64,000 bases of DNA from the IMG/VR virus record IMGVR_UViG_3300025018_000101, positions 91,237-155,236 of that record. The stretch is one strand, 5' to 3'. Positions within the stretch are counted from its first letter, which is position 1, and each line of letters begins with the position of its first letter. A model generated the notes under the pieces. That model ran no database searches. It saw nothing but the letters and a program-made list of their open reading frames with translations, and was not told the DNA's origin. Positions 10,522 through 19,381 of this stretch are shown here, piece by piece. This stretch comes from a virus. The position numbers were made by a program, and so were the translations under genes.

Positions 10522-11504
10522 GCCACCGGGTTCCCGCAGTTCGTCCCGCCGAAGATGTCCTCCCACCACAGCCCGATATCGCCCTTCTGGGCCGAAACGT
10601 GATGGTGGCCGAACACGCCTCGTCCCTTGGCGTCCCCGTCCCTGACCGCGACGCCGTACGCCGGGGCGTGATCGACCAGCCCAGACGGCTGTCGCGGTGA
10701 CTGAAACGGGATGTCGAACAGAAGGCAGAGATCCTTCACGTAGGTCCGCACCGTCCGCGCCGTCTGCGGGTCGAGCGTCAACAGTCCGAAGCTCGAGGTC
10801 AGCCTCTGCGTCGGGTCAGACTTGCGGATCGCCACGTCCAGGCCGTCCCTGCGGTACAGGTTGAGGTAGCCCTCCGGGGCCTCCCGGTGCCCCGCCACAG
10901 GCTGCTGGCAGATGTCGACGCCGATGGTCGACGCGTTCACCGCGCCCGCGTGCCAGGCGACGTGATTCAGGTCCAGCCACTGGTAGACCGACCCGCCGGA
11001 GATGCCCGCGTGGCTCGAGTGCCCGGCGTTGGCCAGGCTGTCCCGACAGTGCCGAGGCGTGATGCCACCCCAGTGCAGCAGGATGGCCGTCGGTGTGCGG
11101 TGGGTGGACCGCGCCCATCCACCTCCGCGGTGGAGGTCCAGGCCCCCCAGGTCCTCCCACGTCAAGATGTGCAGGTCGGGCGACGTCGCCCGGATGCGCC
11201 TGTTCCCCACGATGTGATAGGGCTCGTGGTCAGCGACGAAGTCGTAGGTCTTGCACATGGCCGCCCACGTCGCTCGGCCGAGCTTACCGTCCACCACGGA
11301 GAAGCCCGTGGACGCCTGGAAGGCACGAACTGCCTTGGCAAAGGCCGCCGCCTGCCCGTCCTTGACGGACCAGGGATCCCCGCCCAGTCCTGGGTACTCC
11401 TCGACGGCCTGTGGCCAGATCTTGCCAGCCCACCCCAACTCCGTCGACGCCCGCTTGTTGAAGGCGACGGCCGACGCCGACGCCAGGGATGCGGTCTCAC
11501 TCAT
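10518..11504 (-). CDS. Endolysin: peptidoglycan-binding domain plus N-acetylmuramoyl-L-alanine amidase (Amidase_2-like)
   Basis: AVRAFQ...VDGKLGRATW peptidoglycan-binding motif; ILLHW, SSH, AWHAG.VN..TIGVD, GHHHV and KGD amidase motifs. Confidence 0.85.
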   Translation of the reverse strand: MSETASLASASAVAFNKRASTELGWAGKIWPQAVEEYPGLGGDPWSVKDGQAAAFAKAVRAFQASTGFSVVDGKLGRATWAAMCKTYDFVADHEPYHIVGNRRIRATSPDLHILTWEDLGGLDLHRGGGWARSTHRTPTAILLHWGGITPRHCRDSLANAGHSSHAGISGGSVYQWLDLNHVAWHAGAVNASTIGVDICQQPVAGHREAPEGYLNLYRRDGLDVAIRKSDPTQRLTSSFGLLTLDPQTARTVRTYVKDLCLLFDIPFQSPRQPSGLVDHAPAYGVAVRDGDAKGRGVFGHHHVSAQKGDIGLWWEDIFGGTNCGNPVA

Positions 11505-11913
11505 CGTCGTCCCCCGCGGGCGCGGGGGCGCCCTCTTCGGCGACCTCGCCCCCGGCGTTGATCGGGTCGTACTGCAGGGCCCAGTCACCGCCCGCCGATG
11601 CCTCGCCGATCCTACCGTTGTCGAGGTTGTCCCTGTAGGCCGCAGCGATCTCCGACAGCGCCACCGAAGCCCCCGTGGCGGCCGAGACCCCCACCAGCTC
11701 CAGGCGCCCGGCCACCGGGTTGAACTGGATGCGGATGTCGTTCGCCTGCATCCCTGCCGTCTCGGCGCACTCCGCGAGGAACTGCTCGATCTGGGCGGAC
11801 ACGCCCAGTGGAACGTCCGCGGCCGCCATCAGGTCCTGCATCAGCCGCCGGAGGCTGGTCCGGTACACAGTCGGCCGGTCATCCAGCCGCAGACCCTTCG
11901 TCATCGTCGCCAT
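11497..11913 (-). CDS. Hypothetical protein
   Basis: ORF with genome-typical codon bias; overlaps the endolysin start. Confidence 0.6.
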   Translation of the reverse strand: MATMTKGLRLDDRPTVYRTSLRRLMQDLMAAADVPLGVSAQIEQFLAECAETAGMQANDIRIQFNPVAGRLELVGVSAATGASVALSEIAAAYRDNLDNGRIGEASAGGDWALQYDPINAGGEVAEEGAPAPAGDDDE

Positions 11914-12280
11914 GAGGCGTCCTCAGGTAGTGAGAGTTCAGGATGAGGCGGTACTTCAGATGCTGCTCCGCAGGCACCGCCTGGAAGAAGGAGGCGTTGT
12001 CACGGCGCTCCTCCGCGATGAGGCCCAGGTGCACCGATCGCGCGAGCACCACGAGGACGCGCCGCTGGTCCCAGACGGACGTCGCCCCTGTAGGGCTACG
12101 CCAGGTCGGCATGGCGCCATCGGTCTTGACGGGTTCGGACGCCAGCGCCGCCTCCAACAGTCGACCGATCGGCACCCAGCCGTCAGGATGGCCGCCCTGA
12201 GCACCCGTAAGCGCCAGGTACACACGGTCGTAGTCCGGGTTCTCTACGTAGATGCGGCAGCGTGGCTCGACCATGGTCAC
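11879..12280 (-). CDS. Hypothetical protein
   Basis: GAGGGG RBS; upstream TTGACT-N17-TAGGAG at 12306-12334. Confidence 0.55.
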   Translation of the reverse strand: MTMVEPRCRIYVENPDYDRVYLALTGAQGGHPDGWVPIGRLLEAALASEPVKTDGAMPTWRSPTGATSVWDQRRVLVVLARSVHLGLIAEERRDNASFFQAVPAEQHLKYRLILNSHYLRTPHGDDDEGSAAG

Positions 12281-12345
12281 CCCTCAAGGTAGTCGGTGCG
12301 TACACCTCCTACCACGTACCCTACGCCGAGTCAACGCTATCTAAA

Positions 12346-12378
12346 GAGAGCGCCCCGGGGTAACCCCGGGGCGCTCTC
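12346..12378 (-). terminator. Rho-independent terminator (15-bp perfect stem)
   Basis: GAGAGCGCCCCGGGG-taa-CCCCGGGGCGCTCTC, followed by TTT on the minus strand. Confidence 0.75.
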
Positions 12379-12386
12379 ACGGGAGG

Positions 12387-12440
12387 CTACCCGACGAAGA
12401 AGTCGAGCAGCCTCACGAAAACCAATCGGATGAGCTTCAT
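12387..12440 (-). CDS. 17-aa hydrophobic sORF MKLIRLVFVRLLDFFVG
   Basis: GGGGAG Shine-Dalgarno before the ATG; TAG stop; immediately followed by the terminator; too short for the ORF track. Confidence 0.55.
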   Translation of the reverse strand: MKLIRLVFVRLLDFFVG

Positions 12441-12554
12441 AGCGCTCTCCCCCTGGTTGTGCCCGGCCATGAGCCGGGCGTTGAGTATCGAGCGAGCAGT
12501 TTGCCTGCCCGCTCAATGTCTTATGCCTGCGTCGGGCTGCGAACCCAGACAGGA

Positions 12555-12749
12555 CTACAGGGTCCCGACCATGCGCTCGATATCGCGCATCGCGTCCCTG
12601 GCTGCGTCATAGCGCTTCATGGCCGCACTGTAGTCCTTGTGGGTGGAGGGGCTCGACGCGACGTCGCGGAGCTCGTCGGCCGCCTCAATGAACTCCAGCA
12701 CGACTGCGGTGGACGGGGAGACGTGCTTCAGGTCAGAGACGGAGTACAC
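12555..12749 (-). CDS. Small hypothetical protein
   Basis: GTG start with GAGGT RBS after the preceding stop; helical sequence. Confidence 0.45.
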   Translation of the reverse strand: MYSVSDLKHVSPSTAVVLEFIEAADELRDVASSPSTHKDYSAAMKRYDAARDAMRDIERMVGTL

Positions 12750-12757
12750 GGCGTACC

Positions 12758-14059
12758 TCAGCGGGCGACGAGCACGTTGCGCTGGCGGCGCAGAACGTCG
12801 CCGTCGGTGGTCAAGCCCGTGGCCGAGGTGGCCACGGGGTCGGTGCCCTGGACGATGAAGAGGTAGTCGAGCACCAGGGCGGTGCCGTCCCAGTCGGCCA
12901 GGATGGCGTCGAGGGCCTCGGCGCACTCGCGGTCGGTGGGCCGCGCCGCCAGGGTGGACACCGTGGTCTCCGGCTTGCCGAAGACGTAGAAGAGCTGCGC
13001 CACCCCGAGGACGGTCACGAGGCAGACCGCGACGTGGACCTCGTCCCCGACGACGAGGAAGGCCGTGGTGTCGTCGGACGCGACCGCGTCCGCACCGCCG
13101 GCGAGCGCCGTGGCGGCCACCGCCGTCTGCGCCGTACCGCCGGACGCCGTCGACGCGTCGATGAGCGCGAACGCGTCGATGTTGAAGGCCGGGTCGGTGT
13201 TGTCGGTCAGCGCGGCCACGATGTCCGCGGCCGTCGTGGTGATGGCCCCGGCGACCTTCTCCAGCGTGATCGTGATCTCCGGGCCCGCGACGCCCGCCAC
13301 CACCTCGATGGACAGGTCGGAGTCCACGTCGTTGGACTCGAGCTTGACGATGGCGATGTCGTCGCCGGCGACGCCATAGTCCCTGGCGGTGTAGAGCACG
13401 GCCTCGAGGGTCACGCTGGACCGTACCGCGATCACCGCGCCGTCCCCGAGCAGGATGTCCGTGTCGGCGCCGTCCAGCGCGGCCAGAGTGGTCGTCGTGA
13501 CCGAGGTGTCCCCGAGATAGGCCACGGCCGCGCTGAAGTCCAGGTTGACCCGGTACGCATCGCCGCCGGTGGCGCCGGTGAAGGTGCTGACCGTGGTGCC
13601 CGTGGTGACCCCGATGGCCCCCGCGATGGCGCCCTCGCCGAGGGTCTGCTTCCGAGCAGCCTCGCCCACTGCGCTCAGACCGAAGGCCATCACGATCAGG
13701 TACGCCGGGCCCGCATCCATCGACTGGATCGTCAGGACGTCGTAACTGATCAGCTCCCTGCCGACCGTCGAGTCCGACCAGGTGCCGATCAGGTCGGCCA
13801 GCGCGTCGTCCACGGACGTCAGGTTCGCCAGGCCCGCGAGCTTGAACAGCGGCTGGGCCGCCGTGTCCCCGTTGTAGTGGAACTGCAGCGCAAGAACGGG
13901 GTGGTAGTCACCGTTTTGCGCGACCGGGGCGTGGAGCGTGGTGCCCGACAGGCTGTAGCCCTCGGCCGCCTGGGCGTCCACGATGGCCTGAGCCGCGGCG
14001 GCCAGGTCCAGGACGTCCTTGATGCCGAGGACCTTGAGGCGGGGGTTCTGGGTGGCCAT
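12758..14059 (-). CDS. Putative virion decoration/structural protein (Ala/Thr/Val-rich)
   Basis: AAGGAGG RBS; contains an ITTTAADIVAAL...ALAGG module like one in the sheath. Confidence 0.65.
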   Translation of the reverse strand: MATQNPRLKVLGIKDVLDLAAAAQAIVDAQAAEGYSLSGTTLHAPVAQNGDYHPVLALQFHYNGDTAAQPLFKLAGLANLTSVDDALADLIGTWSDSTVGRELISYDVLTIQSMDAGPAYLIVMAFGLSAVGEAARKQTLGEGAIAGAIGVTTGTTVSTFTGATGGDAYRVNLDFSAAVAYLGDTSVTTTTLAALDGADTDILLGDGAVIAVRSSVTLEAVLYTARDYGVAGDDIAIVKLESNDVDSDLSIEVVAGVAGPEITITLEKVAGAITTTAADIVAALTDNTDPAFNIDAFALIDASTASGGTAQTAVAATALAGGADAVASDDTTAFLVVGDEVHVAVCLVTVLGVAQLFYVFGKPETTVSTLAARPTDRECAEALDAILADWDGTALVLDYLFIVQGTDPVATSATGLTTDGDVLRRQRNVLVAR

Positions 14060-14115
14060 GGGGCCCTCCTTGTGCAGATTGGATGGGACGTTGGACGCAG
14101 CACGGTCACTGCGGG

Positions 14116-14143
14116 ATTATACTTACCCCTACGCCCAGCGCAA
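14116..14143 (-). promoter_or_regulatory. Sigma70-like promoter
   Basis: TTGCGC-N16-TATAAT on the minus strand. Confidence 0.6.
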
Positions 14144-14209
14144 GTCCACCCGTGCCGTCTAAAGGAGAGGGTTGCGAGCGCCGAAGCGCCCACAACCTCC
14201 TCGCGCCCG

Positions 14210-15247
14210 TCAGGGCGTCTCGGCGTCGAAGTCGGCGTCGACGTCGAACTCCGCGACGTCGAGGCCCTCGAGGGCCTCGACGTTGCCGCGGGCGACGTCG
14301 GAGAGCTTGAAGCCCTCCCCCCCGCCGAGGCGAGGTCCGAGCTCGGCGCGGTCGCGCCGCTCCCCCCACCACCGGCCCTCGAAGTCGAGGAACCGGTCGG
14401 CGGGGGGAGGCGCCCCGGCCGCGTCAGCCAGGAGCTTGCACAGCTCCAGCGCCTCGTCCGGGAGGCCGAAGACCCCCCAGATCTGCGCCGCGACGAACGC
14501 CGGGTCGCTCCGGTCGGAGACGACCAGGCGCCGAGGCCTGCGGACGTGGCGGCCGTCCGCCGTGACCGTGTCGGTCATGTGGATGGCGAACGACGCGCCC
14601 TCCACGACCAGCGCGTCCGCCTCCTCCAGACGCGCCGACCGCGTCTTTCGGAGGTCGATGCGCGTGCTCCCGTCGTGGAGCACCCGCTCGACCTCACGGC
14701 CGATCCCGAGCCGATACCAGGACCGCACCGACCTCTTGGCCAGCACGGACACCTGGCGGTCCGAGCCGCCCGCCAGGGCCCACATCAGTCGGCCCTGCGT
14801 CAGGACCCCAGCCCTCGTGTGCAGGTAGCCGCTCTTTGCGGCCACCTCCAGGGACGTGGCGAGGTGGTAGAGGCCGTCCTCCTCGAGGACGGCCCCCTTG
14901 GCCCGGCGGAGGGCGCGGCCGTTCTTGACGAGCCAGGCCGGCGTGGCCTCGCTCAACGGCACCTCGACGACGCGGTTCGCCGTCTTCGACAGACGGACGA
15001 CCGCAATGCCCGCGTCCGTCTCCTCGTTGACCGCGAAGATCATGCCGGGGCACAGGACCCCGCCGATCTCCCGGCCGCCGAGCAGGTCGACGAGCTGGAC
15101 GCCGTCGGCCCCGGTGCGGCCGTCCCTCGTGCGGTACGCCCGCACGAGCCTGTAGTCGCGCTCGAGGCGCCAGGGCCCCAGCGCCAGGCTGGGGTCGGTG
15201 TTGTAGGTGGCCGCACTCGAAGGGGTCGGGACGGGGAGCAGTTCCAT
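14210..15247 (-). CDS. Hypothetical protein with acidic C-terminus
   Basis: AGGAGG RBS; 345 aa; typical codon bias; adjacent to TA-rich element A. Confidence 0.7.
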   Translation of the reverse strand: MELLPVPTPSSAATYNTDPSLALGPWRLERDYRLVRAYRTRDGRTGADGVQLVDLLGGREIGGVLCPGMIFAVNEETDAGIAVVRLSKTANRVVEVPLSEATPAWLVKNGRALRRAKGAVLEEDGLYHLATSLEVAAKSGYLHTRAGVLTQGRLMWALAGGSDRQVSVLAKRSVRSWYRLGIGREVERVLHDGSTRIDLRKTRSARLEEADALVVEGASFAIHMTDTVTADGRHVRRPRRLVVSDRSDPAFVAAQIWGVFGLPDEALELCKLLADAAGAPPPADRFLDFEGRWWGERRDRAELGPRLGGGEGFKLSDVARGNVEALEGLDVAEFDVDADFDAETP

Positions 15248-15500
15248 AGGTCCTCCTGCAGCCCGCGTCTTGCGGGCGCTTCAAGGGGGTTGTGGGGCGC
15301 GCGGTCGCGTTTGGCGAGGCGCACCACCTTGTACCAACACTGCGGGAGGTGGAAGACTGCACTTGCTGGCCGTGCCCGGCCGTACCCCTAACTGCGCATA
15401 TCGACTATTCAATGGCGCGTACTTTCCAGCCCGGACCACACGCGGTCGACAGACTTAGACCGACACGTGCGCCATATACTGCCGCCATGGACCGTATCGA

Positions 15501-15750
15501 GGGTCCGTCTGTAGACACCGTCGAGCACGGGACTGACAGGCTTTGGAGTTTTAAACATCTAAATATCGATACGAGGGTGCGGCTGGGAGCGCCGTGCCAC
15601 TCGGGCCCGGCGGTCTTAGACGCTCTAGAGAGGCAAAAACGGCATGTTTCGTCTCCGAAGGGCACTTGCACCGCAGCGGTCTCTCCAGCGCATCAGGGTT
15701 TGGAAATGTGGAGTGCGTACACGCCGGCCTCCGCAGGCTATAGCGTACTC
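15501..15750 (+). repeat. Diverged inverted repeat, copy A (TA-rich non-coding element)
   Basis: Nearly ungapped match to the reverse complement of 19382-19632; core 15641-15670 is 26/30 identical. Confidence 0.8.
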
Positions 15751-15870
15751 AACTGCCTTAATACGCTGGCACATTTCGCGTCTAGAGGCGCTGCGCCATT
15801 CGCCGAAGCCCAGCAGCCACGTCGTACCCGGAGTCCGTAGGCTATGAGCATCCAAATGCCCATATACGGA

Positions 15871-15913
15871 AGAGGCCGTTCTCCCTGGTATGCGCCCATG
15901 GGAGACGGCCTCT
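15871..15913. other. Stem-loop in the AT-rich intergenic region
   Basis: AGAGGCCGT(T)CTCCC ... GGGAGACGGCCTCT. Confidence 0.55.
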
Positions 15914-16031
15914 ATTATATACTCCTCTTCTTGAAACAGACTACCCCGTATCTCTCTTGTGCATGCGTGACGTAAAGGTCAAGGAGGGAGGGCGTAGAAA
16001 GTTTCTTGCGGCGCGTGAATGGAGCGCGGCG

Positions 16032-16060
16032 TCGACAGGCAGTCGTGGCTGTGGTAGTGT
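16032..16060 (+). promoter_or_regulatory. Sigma70-like promoter of the 4-gene cassette
   Basis: TCGACA-N17-TAGTGT with an extended TG. Confidence 0.45.
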
Positions 16061-16169
16061 ACCGGAGCCAGAGGAGCGCACGAAGACCGCGGTCTCCAGG
16101 CGCGCGAGGACTGTCAAGACCCAGTCGGAGACCTCGTGCTCGGCAATGATGTGGCAGGAGGGCTTGTCG

Positions 16170-16496
16170 ATGACTGTTACCCGCGGCACACTCAACCCGG
16201 TGCGTCAGACGGCGGTGGGAGGTGGAGGGGGCGGCGGAGGGCCTCCGGAGACCTTCGCCACCATCGCCGCACTGCTCGCTCAGCACGCGGCCGCGCCGAT
16301 CGCTGATGGCGCCGTCTGGGCGGTCTCCAGCGTCGACGCGGGGGACCCTGTCTACGGCACCGTGGGCGGGGGCGCGCTCGTTCCTGACCCCGTGCGCGCT
16401 TGGCTTGATCGCGGGGAGCGGTCGCTCCCCCTCGCGCGTCGCATCAGGCGACCCGTCTCTCTCGACGTCGAACCCTCCGGGGTCGACTGGCTCTGA
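16170..16496 (+). CDS. Hypothetical protein with N-terminal MTVTRGTxNPVRQTA tag and poly-Gly linker
   Basis: AGGAGG RBS before the ATG at 16170. Confidence 0.6.
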   Translation: MTVTRGTLNPVRQTAVGGGGGGGGPPETFATIAALLAQHAAAPIADGAVWAVSSVDAGDPVYGTVGGGALVPDPVRAWLDRGERSLPLARRIRRPVSLDVEPSGVDWL

Positions 16497-16504
16497 GGAT
16501 CATC

Positions 16505-17473
16505 ATGGCCCTGCCCCTCTTGACCTGGGACCAGACCGCGTGGGTCGTCGTCGGAGCGACGGACCACACGACCTACCTCGACGCCATCGCCGCTGTCTTC
16601 GCGGCGTCCTCGACGTGGGAGCTCGCCGAGACGAGCACCTACTGGAGGTCGTTCAAGCCCACTGCGGGCTCGGCGATCCCGGATGCGCGTATCCTCGTCT
16701 TCTACGGCAACGGCCTGGCGGTGCCCCACGCGACGGCCCTCGGAGCCAGGACGTCCTCGGCCTCGAACCTCATGGCGTTTGTGGGCATCTCCCCCGACGC
16801 TGGCGCCACCGCGGCCGGCGACCCGACCGTTGGCGTGCCCTACGCGGGGAGGAGGTGGATCGGCTTCCACTCGTTCGACAAGCCCGCCACACGGGTGACC
16901 AACCAGATGTACGGCGTCCTCTCGGAGGAGGCGGTTGCCCTGTTCGTCCAGAAATCCTCGGTGGACACCTCCTGGGGCAGCTTCGTCGTGGGCGCCCTGG
17001 GCGTGGCGCACGTCGACGACTCTGAGGCGGATGAGCGGCTTTGGATGGTGTACGGCTCAGGCGGGTCCGGCGGTGCGGACATTGTCACCACGTGGGCGGC
17101 ATCGTCTCCCACCGCAGCGGCCGCCTTCCTGTCGAGCTACAGCGCGCCGTCGGCGACGTACAACCAGCTTTACCTCGCAGATCCGGGTTCGCCCTCGACG
17201 GTCCGCTACTGCCACAAGCAGCAACAGCTCCCCCAGGTTGACGCGAACACCCTCGTCTCGACGAGCGGGAGGACGATCGTCCTTCCACTCAACTTCACCA
17301 TCGAGTCAACGCCGAAGCGACACGGCGGCCATCTCCGCCAGATGGGGGTGGGGCCGAGTGCGGTGTGCCGGACGATCCTCCAGGACGCCACGTTAGCCGA
17401 CAAAGGCATCGTGTTCGCCCCCTCGCTGGTCACGGCGTATCCGTGCCTGGTGTTCACCGCCGACGCCATCTGA
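16505..17473 (+). CDS. Hypothetical, probably virion-associated beta-rich protein
   Basis: GAGGA RBS; Ser/Thr/Ala/Gly-rich with aromatic residues. Confidence 0.7.
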   Translation: MALPLLTWDQTAWVVVGATDHTTYLDAIAAVFAASSTWELAETSTYWRSFKPTAGSAIPDARILVFYGNGLAVPHATALGARTSSASNLMAFVGISPDAGATAAGDPTVGVPYAGRRWIGFHSFDKPATRVTNQMYGVLSEEAVALFVQKSSVDTSWGSFVVGALGVAHVDDSEADERLWMVYGSGGSGGADIVTTWAASSPTAAAAFLSSYSAPSATYNQLYLADPGSPSTVRYCHKQQQLPQVDANTLVSTSGRTIVLPLNFTIESTPKRHGGHLRQMGVGPSAVCRTILQDATLADKGIVFAPSLVTAYPCLVFTADAI

Positions 17474-17482
17474 GACGCCCGC

Positions 17483-18256
17483 ATGACCGTGACCCGAGGC
17501 ACAGCCAACCCCGTCCGGCAAACAGCGGAGGCCAGCATGCCTACCGACGTGTTCAACCGCGAACTTCGGTTCGCGGACCTGGTCGCGAACACCGACTACA
17601 CCGTCGTGACCAACCCCGCAGGTGTGACCCGCGACGGTGAGAATCGTCTGGTGCTCACCGCCAACGACACGGTCGGCCCTACCACGGTCATCTCCCTGGC
17701 TCCGCTGCTGCGCCTGCCCTTCTTCCACATCACCGAGGTGTGGGTGGGGATGTCCCTCGCCTCGTCCGCCCAGGACTACGCAGGCGGCACGAACACGCAC
17801 CTCAACACGCGGTTTGGCATCCGGCACTACGCGAAGTTCTACACGCCCACCGACGCCTCGCCGCGCCACTGCGAGGCTCACGTCGGCAAGTCGACGGCGA
17901 CGAACTGGACGACGTCAGCCGCGCGATGGGACTCGGCGCTTTGGACGCGCGGCAACGCCGCCGGCCAGTCCAACCTGAGCCTGCTCAAGATGCTGCAGTT
18001 CGGCCTCTACCACCTCTCGACCCAGGTCTACCCATCGCAGGTCGCCCATTCCTCGGCCGGGTGGGGTGCGGGCGTCAATGGGGGGAAGGGCACCAGCATC
18101 GGCATCCCGAGCCTCGGCGTGGACTGGACCGCGGAGACGGAGAGCGGGGAGCTGGAGCTCTACGTCGACCTCGGGGTCAATCCGGCGGGCAAGGACCTCG
18201 CCGTGACGCTCGACTACCTACTGGTCCGAGACTACGTGGGCAAGCTCCACCCTTGA
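17483..18256 (+). CDS. Hypothetical protein with N-terminal MTVTRGTxNPVRQTA tag (possible receptor-binding/fibre module)
   Basis: First 15 aa are 14/15 identical to the 16170 gene. Confidence 0.7.
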   Translation: MTVTRGTANPVRQTAEASMPTDVFNRELRFADLVANTDYTVVTNPAGVTRDGENRLVLTANDTVGPTTVISLAPLLRLPFFHITEVWVGMSLASSAQDYAGGTNTHLNTRFGIRHYAKFYTPTDASPRHCEAHVGKSTATNWTTSAARWDSALWTRGNAAGQSNLSLLKMLQFGLYHLSTQVYPSQVAHSSAGWGAGVNGGKGTSIGIPSLGVDWTAETESGELELYVDLGVNPAGKDLAVTLDYLLVRDYVGKLHP

Positions 18257-18259
18257 CCA

Positions 18260-18288
18260 GTCCCCGGCCTCTCGCCACGGCCGGGGAC
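18260..18288 (+). terminator. Hairpin after the 17483-18256 gene
   Basis: GTCCCCGGCC-9nt-GGCCGGGGAC; no clear U-tract. Confidence 0.45.
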
Positions 18289-18344
18289 GATGACAGGTTT
18301 GCGGCGCTCCTCTACCAGATCGGTCCCGGCATGACGGTGCGGCT

Positions 18345-19376
18345 ATGACGGACAGGATCTACAACGGCTACACGACGCGGCGCATCCCCCGCGGGGGCAA
18401 CGTGGACTGCACGGACGGCCGCGCGGTGGTTGCCAGGCCCGACGGGGGCAGCCTCGCGGGCTACACGGCCATCCTGTACCTCGAGGCATCTGAGTACGAC
18501 ACTTCGCTGGAGGGAGTACGCGTTGACGGCCGGCGCGCGGAGAACCCGGAGTGGCCCATCTGGAACGCCGACCCGGCGACCGAGCACACGCCGAACATCG
18601 ACATCCTCACCCTGATGGACGAGACCGTACTGCCGGACGGCACGGTGTACCTGGACGGTGTCACGAGCACCAACGCGGTGTCCGACGGCCTCCATGTGTC
18701 GATGGTGTGCAGGGTGGATGTACGCCGCTGCACGTTCGAGGGCGCACGGTTCGGCATGGGCATCAGCGCGGCCGGCTGCACGGCGGTCTTCGCCGACTGC
18801 ACGACGAACAACCTCAAGTACGAGCCCAACGCGCAAGCGCTCTACCCGCTGCCCTCCCTGGTCACCATGGAGCGCATCACCCTTGACGGCGTCCGCGCCT
18901 GCAACCTCCTCATCGAAGAGCCTGCCGTGACGCTCATCGGCACGGACATCGGGGTCGCGGCCGAACTTCGCCTTGAGGACGGCGCCCCCCCGGACGCCGT
19001 GACCTCCGTCGGCGCCCGCATGACCATGACGCGCTGCCAGGGCGACACGACGGTCATCTACACGCCGAAGGCCCTCATCCTCGACGACTGCTCCACCGGT
19101 CCGGTGTTCCTGTACTGGCAGACGGCCAGCCGCCAATACGACGGCGGCCAGGTGACGGTGCGTAACTGCGCGCTCCTCGACACCTGGACGACCTACGGCT
19201 ACGGCCAGATCGACATTGAGGACTGCACGGGCAACTTCGTCATCATCGCGAACGACGCTTCAGGGCCCTTCGACCCTCGGCCGAGTACCCCCCTGGTCCT
19301 CACGCGCGCAGGCAACGTCATCAACATCGAAGCGGCAGGGACGTACACCGTCGACGAGCTCGGCGCGCTGATTTGA
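18345..19376 (+). CDS. Hypothetical protein, beta-helix/solenoid-like
   Basis: Recurrent V/I-x-x-C-T motifs (VRRCT, FADCT, LDDCS, VRNCA, IEDCT). Confidence 0.65.
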   Translation: MTDRIYNGYTTRRIPRGGNVDCTDGRAVVARPDGGSLAGYTAILYLEASEYDTSLEGVRVDGRRAENPEWPIWNADPATEHTPNIDILTLMDETVLPDGTVYLDGVTSTNAVSDGLHVSMVCRVDVRRCTFEGARFGMGISAAGCTAVFADCTTNNLKYEPNAQALYPLPSLVTMERITLDGVRACNLLIEEPAVTLIGTDIGVAAELRLEDGAPPDAVTSVGARMTMTRCQGDTTVIYTPKALILDDCSTGPVFLYWQTASRQYDGGQVTVRNCALLDTWTTYGYGQIDIEDCTGNFVIIANDASGPFDPRPSTPLVLTRAGNVINIEAAGTYTVDELGALI

Positions 19377-19381
19377 GCCCT

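Noticed and set aside
15549-15556. TTTAAAC slippery site that might repair the frameshift in element A
   Set aside because: It is not in the X XXY YYZ register of ORF 15292-15840, and copy B has no equivalent
15292-15855. ORFs 15292-15840, 15405-15671, 15625-15855 and 19199-19603 as real genes
   Set aside because: Atypical codon usage, no RBS, and the reading frame is not preserved between the two homologous copies
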